Program-made: the position numbers and the translations under genes
NCBI GenBank assembly: GCA_021160575.1
Contig: JAGHCH010000008.1
Span: 1 to 57,758, forward strand
Direction of reading: 5' to 3'
DNA length: 57,758 bases
Origin: Thermoproteota archaeon
GTDB taxonomy: Archaea; Thermoproteota; Methanomethylicia; Methanomethylicales; JAGHCH01
Shown here: positions 1 to 8,163 of the stretch, piece by piece
Numbering within the stretch: the stretch's first letter is position 1
Layout: every line of letters starts with the position of its first letter
Notes under the pieces: generated by a model
Told to the model about the DNA's origin: nothing
Databases searched by the model: none
Seen by the model: the letters and a program-made list of their open reading frames with translations, nothing else

Positions 1-480
1 GAAGAACCATGCTACCACAAGGAAGGAGAAGGCTCTTTTGAAGCTCTTCACGGGTAGTGCTCGGAGAGCTGCCCCAATGAGTATGCCGTAGAGCCAGAGG
101 GGAATCATGGCCCATTCTTGAACAGCAGCGTACACGGCTCCTGTAGCAGCTCCGAGCGCCACTAGGAGAAGGGGAGGAAGCTCTCTAGCTCTGGGAGGGG
201 GTGGTGCTGAGATCCTGTACTCTCCTAGTGCTTGCCTTGCCAGTTCTGTGAGTGAATAGAGGTATCGTTTCTCCACCTTGGTCCGTGCTATGAGCCCGGC
301 GCTAGCCAGAGTGTCTAGGTGTTTCTCTATGGTACTTCTAGCCTTTCCGGTTAGTCGTGCCAATTCATCGGCCGTTCTATCCCTCTCGGCAAGAAGATAT
401 AGCATCTTCAGCCTAGTTTCATCTGAGAGAGCCTCGAAAACCCTCTGCTTAGCCCTGAGTTCCTCATCGCTGGATGGCAA
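1..480 (-). CDS. ArsR/SmtB-type winged-HTH transcriptional regulator with C-terminal hydrophobic segments (3' end runs off the window)
   Basis: Absent from the ORF track because it is open to the window edge. My minus-strand translation from TTG at 480 reads ...EELRAKQRVFEALSDETRLKMLYLLAERDRTADELARLTGKARSTIEKHLDTLASAGLIARTKVEKRYLYSLTE..., an ArsR HTH pattern, followed by LLLVALGAATGAVYAAV and IPLWLYGILIGAAL. An in-frame TAA lies just upstream of 480. The listed + ORF 278..535 is its antisense shadow. Confidence 0.7.
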   Translation of the reverse strand, partial: MPSSDEELRAKQRVFEALSDETRLKMLYLLAERDRTADELARLTGKARSTIEKHLDTLASAGLIARTKVEKRYLYSLTELARQALGEYRISAPPPPRARELPPLLLVALGAATGAVYAAVQEWAMIPLWLYGILIGAALRALPVKSFKRAFSFLVVAWFF

Positions 481-593
481 GGCTTGCCCTCTGGCTGATA
501 ATTATGCTGCGATGAGTTATAGAGGGTGTGCTTGAGGGCGAAGAGAAAAGTTATAATTCACAGTGTGAGCCTTCTTGTGAAGGCGGTGATCTC

Positions 594-824
594 ATGGTTT
601 TGGCTTGCGTGCTAGTGTTCTGCGAGCCTGGCAAGTTCGAGGAAGTGCTGAGAAACGTGAAGGAGCTGCAATTTGTGAAGAGGGCATTTTCAGTTCTAGG
701 GAGATGTGATGTTGTAGCTGAAATTGATGCTCCAACACTGGAGCAGGTGGGCTTGACTGTTTATGAAATAGCGAGGATTGACGGAGTTACCTCTACTGAG
801 ACCTTGGTTGAGACCATCATGTAG
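594..824 (+). CDS. stand-alone Lrp/AsnC ligand-binding (RAM) domain protein
   Basis: MVLACVLVFCEPGKFEEVLRNVKELQFVKRAFSVLGRCDVVAEIDAPTLEQVGLTVYEIARIDGVTSTETLV matches the AsnC C-terminal fold pattern with no HTH. I prefer ATG 594 over GTG 528 because a GGTGAT SD-like motif lies just upstream and an AT-rich TATA-like stretch lies at about 546-560. Confidence 0.7.
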   Translation: MVLACVLVFCEPGKFEEVLRNVKELQFVKRAFSVLGRCDVVAEIDAPTLEQVGLTVYEIARIDGVTSTETLVETIM

Positions 825-835
825 GTGGTGAGAGC

Positions 836-1060
836 ATGGTTCAAGCGTGTATTCTGATCAAAGCCAAGACCAAGTCTGTTTTCGATGTTGTGAAGCAGCT
901 GGAGCAGATGGAGGAGGTGGAGGATACTTTCCCCGTGTTCGGCAGATTTGACGTTGTTGCCTTCATAGAGGTGGAGAGTAGAGATCGAGTTGTAGAGTTA
1001 GCTAGGAAGATCAATAGCTTGGAGGGAGTGATTCGAACGGAGACTCTTCTTGAGGTTTAG
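836..1060 (+). CDS. stand-alone Lrp/AsnC ligand-binding (RAM) domain protein, tandem paralogue
   Basis: MVQACILIKAKTKSVFDVVKQLEQMEEVEDTFPVFGRFDVVAFIEVESRDRVVELARKINSLEGVIRTETLL is colinear with the preceding gene. Confidence 0.7.
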   Translation: MVQACILIKAKTKSVFDVVKQLEQMEEVEDTFPVFGRFDVVAFIEVESRDRVVELARKINSLEGVIRTETLLEV

Positions 1061-1063
1061 AGC

Positions 1064-1477
1064 TTGACTGGCCCAGCTGAGGGGAAGCTTCTACTAGAGA
1101 ATACCAAGGCGCTCTTGGTTTCAGGTAGGGAGGAGCTTCTGGAGGGATGTGAAGTTTACATTCATGTGAAGGGATACTCCCTTGCGAGGGTGACTCACCT
1201 AGATGTTGAGCATCCAGCTCTGAACAAGCTGCTGCCGCCTCGCGGAGGGGGCTTTAGAAGGGTGGAGGGAGTGGATGGAGGCTTACAAGTGGTTTTCAGA
1301 GCGGGGAGAGTTGTGATTCTCAACCCCTTGCTTAACAGGGTTCTGAAGCCGGGAGAGTGGCAGGTTACATGGGTTGGAGGCAAGTATGGGGGCATCTACA
1401 TAGGCTTTAGGCGGGAGCAGGTCAGGCTTTTAGAGAAGCTGGCTGAGGAGGTTTTCGGGTTTACTGTTGGAGAGTAA
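1064..1477 (+). CDS. hypothetical protein
   Basis: 137-aa ORF with a TTG start 4 nt after the previous stop. I recognise no motif. Confidence 0.4.
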   Translation: MTGPAEGKLLLENTKALLVSGREELLEGCEVYIHVKGYSLARVTHLDVEHPALNKLLPPRGGGFRRVEGVDGGLQVVFRAGRVVILNPLLNRVLKPGEWQVTWVGGKYGGIYIGFRREQVRLLEKLAEEVFGFTVGE

Positions 1478-2231
1478 GCACTGTCTCGGCGATTGACTTT
1501 CTAAGGATTTCTTTGAGCTTTTCTTCTTCAAATCTCCCTAGAATTTGCTCGGTGACCCCTCCGGGAGTTGCGACCTTAGAGATTACTTCTTTGGGGGAGT
1601 ATTGCTGTAGAAGAGCGGCTGTGCCTTTGAGAGTTTGTTGGACAAGCTTGATAGAGAGAGCTTTAGGTAGACCTATGCAGACTCCAGCTTCGGCTATGGC
1701 TTCTACAAGATAAGCTATGCAAGCTGGACCGCATCCCACGATGAAGGTTGCTAGGTCTACTAGGTGCTCTGCTGCTCGTATGCATGAGCCTAACTCTGAG
1801 AAAAGCTGCTCGAAGAGATCTATACTGTGAGTGGAGCAGCTGGGACTCGAGCAGTAGAGAATCATGGATTCGCCTACCTCCGCGGCTATGTTTAGCATGC
1901 ACTTGACCACATGTGCTCCTTTGAAGAGTTGTTGAAGTTCCTCAAGGCTGACTAGGGCAGCTGGAGAGACTACAAGCTTGCCTTGGAAAAGAGCTGCTCC
2001 TTCTTCGGCAACTTCAGCTATGGATTTGGGCTTCACAGCCACCACTATGACTTCGCTTTGGGATAGCAAGCTTTGAAGAGAGGAGTGCTTCACGATGCCA
2101 AGCGCCTCAGCTGCAGCTAAACGCTCGGGAGATACGTCGTAACCGTGTATTGTATGGCGACTTCTTCTGAGCCAGCCCTTGGCAATGGAAGTTCCAAGCC
2201 TTCCGCAGCCTATAATCCCTATGTTCACCAT
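1461..2231 (-). CDS. proC: pyrroline-5-carboxylate reductase
   Basis: N-terminal Rossmann motif MVNIGIIGCGRLG and C-terminal ATPGGVTEQIL, both typical of P5CR. Length 256 aa. Confidence 0.85.
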   Translation of the reverse strand: MVNIGIIGCGRLGTSIAKGWLRRSRHTIHGYDVSPERLAAAEALGIVKHSSLQSLLSQSEVIVVAVKPKSIAEVAEEGAALFQGKLVVSPAALVSLEELQQLFKGAHVVKCMLNIAAEVGESMILYCSSPSCSTHSIDLFEQLFSELGSCIRAAEHLVDLATFIVGCGPACIAYLVEAIAEAGVCIGLPKALSIKLVQQTLKGTAALLQQYSPKEVISKVATPGGVTEQILGRFEEEKLKEILRKSIAETVLTLQQ

Positions 2232-2243
2232 TTTTGGAGACCT

Positions 2244-3170
2244 CTAGGGAGGTTTGAAGGCTATAACGCCTTGAACCTTTCGAAGAAGCCTTGCTTCAAA
2301 ACCAGCTTCACGCAGTCTTTGAACAACACCCTTAGCGAGGTCCTTACCTCTCCTCATGCCGGGAGCACCAGTATAGTGAAAGAGGACTCCTCCTGGGACC
2401 AGAACTCTGTATAGCTGCTTGTAGAAGCTTAGGCTATAGAGTTCACCAGCCAAGCTGAAGCGTGGGGGGTCGTGAATTATGTTGGAGTAGCTGTTAGAGG
2501 GAAGTTTTGCTACAACCTCTACTGCATCTCCCAGTAGAATAGTGATTCTAGGGTCTTCCAGCGGACAGCTCCAAGGATTATGGGAAGCCATCTCAAGAAC
2601 CACGGGGTTTACTTCGATGGTGGTGACTTCACGCGCGCCGAGCTTTAGGGAAAGAATGGCAGTGTAGCCTAGCCCGGTACAGACATCGAGTACCTTGCTG
2701 CCCGGTTTCACCTTGGCTGCCTTGACTTTAAGCAGTGAATCTTGCCATGGAGAAACCTCCTTTATTCGGTGCATGTGTATTCCATCTACTTCAAGGGTTG
2801 GAGCGCCTCCTTGAGGTGCTCTCCTCAGCTTGTAGAAGTGACCTTCCACGCTGAAAGCAATTTTCCTTAGGGCTCTGGCTTCGAGAAGGTATAGCCCCTC
2901 TTCGTCGGAGGCTACTTCCTTCAGCCATTCTATGAGAATGGCTTGACCTCCGAGCACCGCAGCCTTCTCCCGGATGAGTACGGAGGTCTTAGTTCTTCCT
3001 AGGTCTAGTGAAACCTCCACGCGATTAAGCTTCTTTGCATGTGCTTCTAGGATGGCTTTAGCGGTGCCGCAGTCTAGAATTGGCAGGCGCCTGCACTTGA
3101 ACTGGTATTTCTTCAGAAGCGCCACCTCAAGAGCATGGACTGGATAGCATTTTTCAGGGTTCTTGAGCAA
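2244..3170 (-). CDS. class I SAM-dependent methyltransferase with DPPRF amino-methyltransferase-type motif
   Basis: SAM motif I VLDVCTGLGYTAI and motif IV IIHDPPRF. The TTG start at 3170 overlaps the amz stop; a GTG near 3125 is an alternative start. Confidence 0.65.
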   Translation of the reverse strand: MLKNPEKCYPVHALEVALLKKYQFKCRRLPILDCGTAKAILEAHAKKLNRVEVSLDLGRTKTSVLIREKAAVLGGQAILIEWLKEVASDEEGLYLLEARALRKIAFSVEGHFYKLRRAPQGGAPTLEVDGIHMHRIKEVSPWQDSLLKVKAAKVKPGSKVLDVCTGLGYTAILSLKLGAREVTTIEVNPVVLEMASHNPWSCPLEDPRITILLGDAVEVVAKLPSNSYSNIIHDPPRFSLAGELYSLSFYKQLYRVLVPGGVLFHYTGAPGMRRGKDLAKGVVQRLREAGFEARLLRKVQGVIAFKPP

Positions 3171-3682
3171 GAGGAGCAGAAGAGATGAGATTTGCAGTCG
3201 ACATCAAGGATGCTATTACTGAAGCTCATGACACACGTTGGATCTACGCAGTGCTTTAGCCCGAAGGTGTGTCCAAGCTCATGGGTTGCCTCTTTGAGAC
3301 AGCGGTGGAGGAAGAGCTGTTCATTTGGCGGTAATCCATAGAACTCCGGGCGAAGCCTAGGTAGATAGATGATGCAGCACCTTCCAGCTACTTGGGCTTC
3401 TCCAAAGACGAAGTTTAGACCGTGAACGAAGGCGTCCAAATCAGCCACTCCTAGCACCCTAGCGTGGGGAGAGCTCTTGGAGAAGCGGGAGAGGGAGTAG
3501 AGGACTTCTGTTGAAAGCCACTGTCTCCTATTGGGGATATAGGCTACTGGGGGAGGGGTTAACTGCTCTTCAACTACTTGAAAAGAGCATCGTGGAAAAG
3601 ACGCAGGTAATCTTTCTGCCAGGAAGTTTAAGATCTTCCGCTCTGCTGGACCTATGCCTAGAATGCCTATGGGCAGCTCCAT
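3113..3682 (-). CDS. amzA: archaemetzincin (zinc metalloprotease)
   Basis: HELGHTFGLKHC zincin motif followed by the Cys cluster CVMSF...C...CSSC, the diagnostic archaemetzincin layout. Confidence 0.9.
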   Translation of the reverse strand: MELPIGILGIGPAERKILNFLAERLPASFPRCSFQVVEEQLTPPPVAYIPNRRQWLSTEVLYSLSRFSKSSPHARVLGVADLDAFVHGLNFVFGEAQVAGRCCIIYLPRLRPEFYGLPPNEQLFLHRCLKEATHELGHTFGLKHCVDPTCVMSFSNSILDVDCKSHLFCSSCSRTLKNAIQSMLLRWRF

Positions 3683-3753
3683 GAAGGCTCACAATAAACC
3701 TTTTAGAGGCTCTGAAAGCAATAAAAGTCTTCAGTTTATTTGACGGTGAGACC

Positions 3754-4566
3754 ATGGAGGATTTCGTCGGCAAAGCCAAGGAGAAGTTGAAGGAACTCGG
3801 CATGTCGGAGGCTGAAGCGGAGATCTATGCTTTTCTAGTGACCTCCGGTGGGGAAATGCATGTTGAAGAGCTCTCTGAGAAGGTGAAGTTGACAAGTGGG
3901 GCGGTAGACGAAGCTCTTGCCAGCCTCCTCCGCAGAGGAGCCGTCCTCCTAGATAGGAATATTGTCAGAGCTTTACCTCCCAGCAATGTGGTAGCGAAGC
4001 TTTCTGAGGAGAAGAGGAAGGAGCTGGAGGAGGAGATGGAGAAGATAGCCGAGGCTTCAAGTTTTCTAAAGAAGGAGCTAGAGCTAGTATACTGGGAGTC
4101 GCAGCTGGGGTTGAAGGTTGAAGAGATCTTAGAGCCCGTAGCGAATCTTAGGGAGATGGAGCTCTACACTGTGAAGCTGATTTCAAGGGCGCAGAGGAGC
4201 TTAGAGGTGTTTACAGAGAGGTTTTCATGGTACCCGAGAGTGAGGGAAGAGCTTGTCGCGGCGATTGATAGAGGCGTCAAGGCACGAGTGCTATTGCTGA
4301 GTGATTCGCCGGATGTGTACGATACTGTGAGAGAACTCAAGGAGATGGCCGTGGAGGTTAGGCACTATAAAGGGGAGTGGCATCCAATCCGCTGGACGCT
4401 GGCTGATGGAGAGGAGCTAGTTTTCGTGATCTGGGCCACTCGGAAAGACATACCTAAGCCTAGGTACTTTAGACCACACTACACGAGGAACCCAGGGCTT
4501 GTCAAGGTGTTCAGCGAAGCCTTCGACAAGATGTGGCGTGAAAGCGAGGAAATTCAAAGCCAGTAG
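3754..4566 (+). CDS. TrmB-family transcriptional regulator
   Basis: N-terminal LKELGMSEAEAEIYAFLVTSGGEMHVEELSEKVKLTSGAV wHTH, then a coiled coil, then a C-terminal TrmB-type domain. Confidence 0.75.
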   Translation: MEDFVGKAKEKLKELGMSEAEAEIYAFLVTSGGEMHVEELSEKVKLTSGAVDEALASLLRRGAVLLDRNIVRALPPSNVVAKLSEEKRKELEEEMEKIAEASSFLKKELELVYWESQLGLKVEEILEPVANLREMELYTVKLISRAQRSLEVFTERFSWYPRVREELVAAIDRGVKARVLLLSDSPDVYDTVRELKEMAVEVRHYKGEWHPIRWTLADGEELVFVIWATRKDIPKPRYFRPHYTRNPGLVKVFSEAFDKMWRESEEIQSQ

Positions 4567-4571
4567 ACGTC

Positions 4572-5690
4572 TCACACTTTTAAGGCGTGCTCCACGTCGT
4601 CAACAAAGGATAGAGCGGCAACCGCCCCCACACAGCCCCTTTTACCTTCGCCAAGCAGCACCTTCACCCCAGCTTCCTTGCACACGCTTTCTAGTTTCTC
4701 CAAGGGGATTTCCATCTTCTTAGCTGCGAAGCCAAGTTGGCGAAGCACTTGTGGTATGTAGAGCCCTTGTAGCCATGCGACTCCGGTAAAGGAGCTTAAG
4801 CTCTGCTCAGTGATCTCTCTGGCAAATGCTTCGAGGAAAGAGGAGACTTTTGAAGGGTGTAGAGCTACTTCCACTAGGCTGGCGTAATTTCCAGCCGTCC
4901 TCCACTTGCTTAGAGGGTCTAAGGCTACTACTTTATGTGAAAGGAGGATAGCGTCTTCACCTAGCTTTTCACAGAGCCTTCTAGCCACATCGAGAGTGAG
5001 AGCCCATGTTGCCCCCTCCTCCGAGCTGTCAGTGTCATCCACTCCCACAGCAATCCTCACATAGCTCTTTAGAAGAAGCTCTCCAACAGCGAAATCTCCC
5101 TCCTTCTTAACGGAAATCTCTACTACTCCCTTGGCACGGGGCATGGTTTCCATCAAGGAGTGAGCTGCCCCACCGTAAGCTTTCATTATTACCTTCACGA
5201 ACCCCTCTAGGAGTTCAATGGACTCAACTCCTAAGGCGGGCTTTGGAGGAGGGCCTACATCCACCGAGTACTTGCCTATCTTCATCCTCAGCCTGAGAAA
5301 CGATCCCTCAATTCTTGAAGAGAGGAGCAGCCTTGAAGATCTCTGATATTCAAGTTGGCAGAAGCACATCGCACCAAAGCTTAGACACTCATGGCATAGC
5401 TCAACCAGCATGTGAGCACTATCCGCTAGGGCGAAGATTCTCTTGCAAGGGGATATGGGGAGAACCTCCTTGAAGACATAGGCGTAGGTGGCTGGTTTCC
5501 TAGCTGAAGAAGGTCTAAGAACCTTAAAGTGCCCCTCCCGCACAAGCCTTGAAACCCAGTCAGCTACGGTGGTTCTGGGCATTCCGAGGAAGGAGGAGAG
5601 CTGAGGAATGGTGAAGAAGCCTTGCTCCTCGGTCAACTGCTTAGCCTTCTCCAGTATGCTTAGTCTCCTCTCCAAGATTTTGGAGGGCAT
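4572..5690 (-). CDS. wHTH domain fused to a Cys-rich linker and a TiaS N-terminal (DUF1743 / TCKD kinase-like) domain
   Basis: N-terminus FFTIPQLSSFLGMPRTTVADWVSRLVREGH (HTH). Cys cluster PCKR..CHEC..CFC. C-terminus IAVGVDDTDSSEEGATWAL ... LDPLSKWRTAGNYASLVEV ... GKRGCVGAVAAL resembles the GIDDTDS ... RGNG ... KGRGxIGAxAA motifs of tRNA(Ile2) agmatidine synthetase TiaS, as I recall them. No OB fold or Zn-ribbon follows. Confidence 0.5.
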   Translation of the reverse strand: MPSKILERRLSILEKAKQLTEEQGFFTIPQLSSFLGMPRTTVADWVSRLVREGHFKVLRPSSARKPATYAYVFKEVLPISPCKRIFALADSAHMLVELCHECLSFGAMCFCQLEYQRSSRLLLSSRIEGSFLRLRMKIGKYSVDVGPPPKPALGVESIELLEGFVKVIMKAYGGAAHSLMETMPRAKGVVEISVKKEGDFAVGELLLKSYVRIAVGVDDTDSSEEGATWALTLDVARRLCEKLGEDAILLSHKVVALDPLSKWRTAGNYASLVEVALHPSKVSSFLEAFAREITEQSLSSFTGVAWLQGLYIPQVLRQLGFAAKKMEIPLEKLESVCKEAGVKVLLGEGKRGCVGAVAALSFVDDVEHALKV

Positions 5691-5720
5691 TGCTGCTCAT
5701 TCTACCTTAATGCTCATGGC

Positions 5721-6845
5721 ATGTATAACGGTTTGGCTTTCGGCAGCTTCTTAAGAGCCATCAACATAGGAAAGTGCTGGAGAGGAGTGCCATTGAAGTG
5801 CGCAGACATAGTGGTGAAAACTCTGAAGGGTATGGAGGAGGTAGCAGCTTCCCGCATCCTAGAGCTTGATGCAGAGCTGCAAGTGGAAGCTAAGCCTCAG
5901 GGATACTTGGGGATAGTGCTGGTTTACGGAGTTAGTGACAAGAGAAGGCTGGCTGAGAGGATCAAGAGGGAAGTTCTTGAAGCTGAGAAGGTTTTGGTGG
6001 TGATGGAGTGCACTCGAGCTGATCTTGAGAAAATAGCAGAGGCAGCTGCCAAGGCTTCTAAGAACTTTATATTGTCTGAAGACACCTTCGCCGTGAGAAC
6101 TACGAGGAGAGGTAAGCATCCATTTACAAGCATAGATGTAAATGTTAGGGCAGGAGAGGCTGTGCAGAAGGTTACGGGGGCGGACGTCAATTTAGACTAC
6201 CCGGATAAGATCGTGTGGGTGGAAATCTTCGGAGATGTTGCCTACATCTGCCTTGGAGAGGGAGTAGAGGAGTACCGCAAGAAGTCGCCGGAGAAGGTTG
6301 ACGCCTTGAGGATCCTAAAGAAAATGAGCTTGGTGCAGATGCCCTACTTGGGTCCACTGGATGCAGCCAAAGAGTTTGGTATCCGAATCGGCAGATGTGC
6401 TCAAGCCTTTGAAGTAGGCGAACTGGTGGTAGCTCCGATAGGGGTTGTAGATGCGAGGCAGCTGAACTCCTTTCTCTCGGGGGTATTCGAGGGTATAGAG
6501 TCTCGCTATGAGATTCAGAGGAGGAGCTATGCTAGGAGGCCTTGGAGGGTGCCAGTCTATGTGCAGAACCTCTATGAACTCGTGAGAGAGCGAAGAAAAG
6601 AGCCCATAGTGGTCTTCGAGCCGGAGGGAAGAGAGGTCTTTAGGCTCTCTGAAGAGCTGAGAGATCTCTTCAGAAAGCATGGTAGAGTTAACATGCTGAT
6701 AGGAGCTCGAGAGGGGATACCTTCAGGGATTTTTAGGGTTGCCGACTTAGTTGTGGATCTATGCCCAGGGGTCACCATCTCAACGGACTTTGCAGCATCT
6801 GCAGCTATTATAGCAGTGCTGACGAGCCTTGGAGGGGAGGTTTAA
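5721..6845 (+). CDS. THUMP domain fused to a SPOUT (Trm56/TrmH-like) putative RNA methyltransferase
   Basis: Central FAVRTTRRGKHPFTSIDVNVRAGEAV...VNLDYPDKIVWVEI is a THUMP pattern. C-terminal LIGAREGIPSGIFRVADLVVDLCPGVTISTDFAASAAIIAVL looks like a SPOUT trefoil-knot SAM site. A TTG at 5793 (MKCADIVVKTLKG...) is a plausible true start. Confidence 0.5.
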   Translation: MYNGLAFGSFLRAINIGKCWRGVPLKCADIVVKTLKGMEEVAASRILELDAELQVEAKPQGYLGIVLVYGVSDKRRLAERIKREVLEAEKVLVVMECTRADLEKIAEAAAKASKNFILSEDTFAVRTTRRGKHPFTSIDVNVRAGEAVQKVTGADVNLDYPDKIVWVEIFGDVAYICLGEGVEEYRKKSPEKVDALRILKKMSLVQMPYLGPLDAAKEFGIRIGRCAQAFEVGELVVAPIGVVDARQLNSFLSGVFEGIESRYEIQRRSYARRPWRVPVYVQNLYELVRERRKEPIVVFEPEGREVFRLSEELRDLFRKHGRVNMLIGAREGIPSGIFRVADLVVDLCPGVTISTDFAASAAIIAVLTSLGGEV

Positions 6846-7398
6846 TAGCGCGGTCTTGCTAACTCTATCATGGTGGAAATTGACGAGTAACATAGAGGAG
6901 TTCTTCGAGAAGCTGGCTGAAAGGTATAGGATCTCTCCTAGGGGATGGCGCATTATTCTAGGTAGAGATTTTAGAGGGTATCAAGACATAGTTATTGTTC
7001 ATGAAAAGGAGAGAACTGGTTGGAAAATTAAACGGGAGTACGTCAACCCCCTTGAGGATATAGGAGTGGTTAGGGAAATCCCCTCCATTGAAAGGGTAAA
7101 CATTCCTAGAGAGTTGAGGCTCGACGCTGGCGTGAGGGTTGTAAACGAAGACCAGCTTAAGGTCTTGTTCACAGCTGAGAAAGCTGCAGATATCGTGAAG
7201 CTTCTGAAGAGAATTCCCCCGACAGTTCCCAAAGGCATTAAGCCAGGATCCTACTTGGTGGGAGGACCCATCATCTACACGGGGAGGAGAGTTGACGAGC
7301 TGATACCTGGAGCTCGGGAGGTTGATGAGGAGCTGCGAGAGGAGCTGGAAGAGCTCCTCCGGAGGAGGAGGCCCGAGAGGTTTTTGAGATACTTGTAG
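6829..7398 (+). CDS. hypothetical protein with basic/acidic C-terminal tail
   Basis: 189-aa ORF overlapping the previous stop. No recognisable motif; start uncertain. Confidence 0.4.
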   Translation: MEGRFNSAVLLTLSWWKLTSNIEEFFEKLAERYRISPRGWRIILGRDFRGYQDIVIVHEKERTGWKIKREYVNPLEDIGVVREIPSIERVNIPRELRLDAGVRVVNEDQLKVLFTAEKAADIVKLLKRIPPTVPKGIKPGSYLVGGPIIYTGRRVDELIPGAREVDEELREELEELLRRRRPERFLRYL

Positions 7399-7494
7399 TT
7401 TGCTTTCGCTGCTTTCGATGAGCGGCGAATTCGATATCCATCTAAACAACAGCTAAAGCTGCTGACTGCGCTCCATTCAGCTGGGTAAGGCGCA

Positions 7495-8163
7495 GTGAAA
7501 CGCGGAGCTCTCAGGAAGTGGAGGCGGCTGGCGAAAATTACTGCTTTAGCTGGACTGGCTGTCTTCGGGCTGAAAGCCCCTGTACTCTGGGTGCCCTTGG
7601 CGATGTATGGAGTAGGCCTCGTCTACAGCTGGTTTTCGGAGAGAAGCGGTGTGAATCGCGGGAAACGTGACGCTTCGAGGGATCTTAGAAAGCTAAGAAA
7701 CCTCTTTGTCAAGAGATTCGCTAGCGGCTCTCCAAGTTGGGGAGTTCTACGAGCTGTTACAGTTGAGTTCTACGAGCCGGGAGTGGAGTCCCCTTGCATT
7801 GTTGTCAGAGATTGCAGGGGAGGGTTACTTGGGCTAGGCTGCCTGACAGTGAGAACCCGTGGCTCTAGGGATTTCATGGAAGGTGTTTGTGACGCAGCAT
7901 CAAGGCTTGGAGTGAAATTCACCTCTACTGTTGACTATAGCGTTGAGGAGCCCATGACATACCTCATAGTGCGGGTGCATCAGCCGCTTGAGGGAGTTGA
8001 AGCGGAGCGCGCCATGGTTCATGCGGTTTCAGAGGGGCTGCTCACCTTGATAGCCGCCATCTACTCGCAGTGCCCAGAAGCCGATGTTGAGGTGCTGAGG
8101 GGACGGCAGCTTGAGAAGCTTGTGGAGGGCTTGATCTATGGCAGGCTTAGAGCGGAGGAGTAG
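7495..8163 (+). CDS. membrane-anchor module (2 TM plus soluble domain) matching the N-terminal third of the HerA/CedB-like ATPase at 36996
   Basis: Basic N-terminus, then ITALAGLAVFGLKAPVLWVPLAMYGVGLVYSWF (2 TM), then a soluble domain of about 150 aa. This is the same layout as residues 1-200 of the 603-aa protein. It overlaps the next gene by 26 nt. Confidence 0.55.
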   Translation: MKRGALRKWRRLAKITALAGLAVFGLKAPVLWVPLAMYGVGLVYSWFSERSGVNRGKRDASRDLRKLRNLFVKRFASGSPSWGVLRAVTVEFYEPGVESPCIVVRDCRGGLLGLGCLTVRTRGSRDFMEGVCDAASRLGVKFTSTVDYSVEEPMTYLIVRVHQPLEGVEAERAMVHAVSEGLLTLIAAIYSQCPEADVEVLRGRQLEKLVEGLIYGRLRAEE

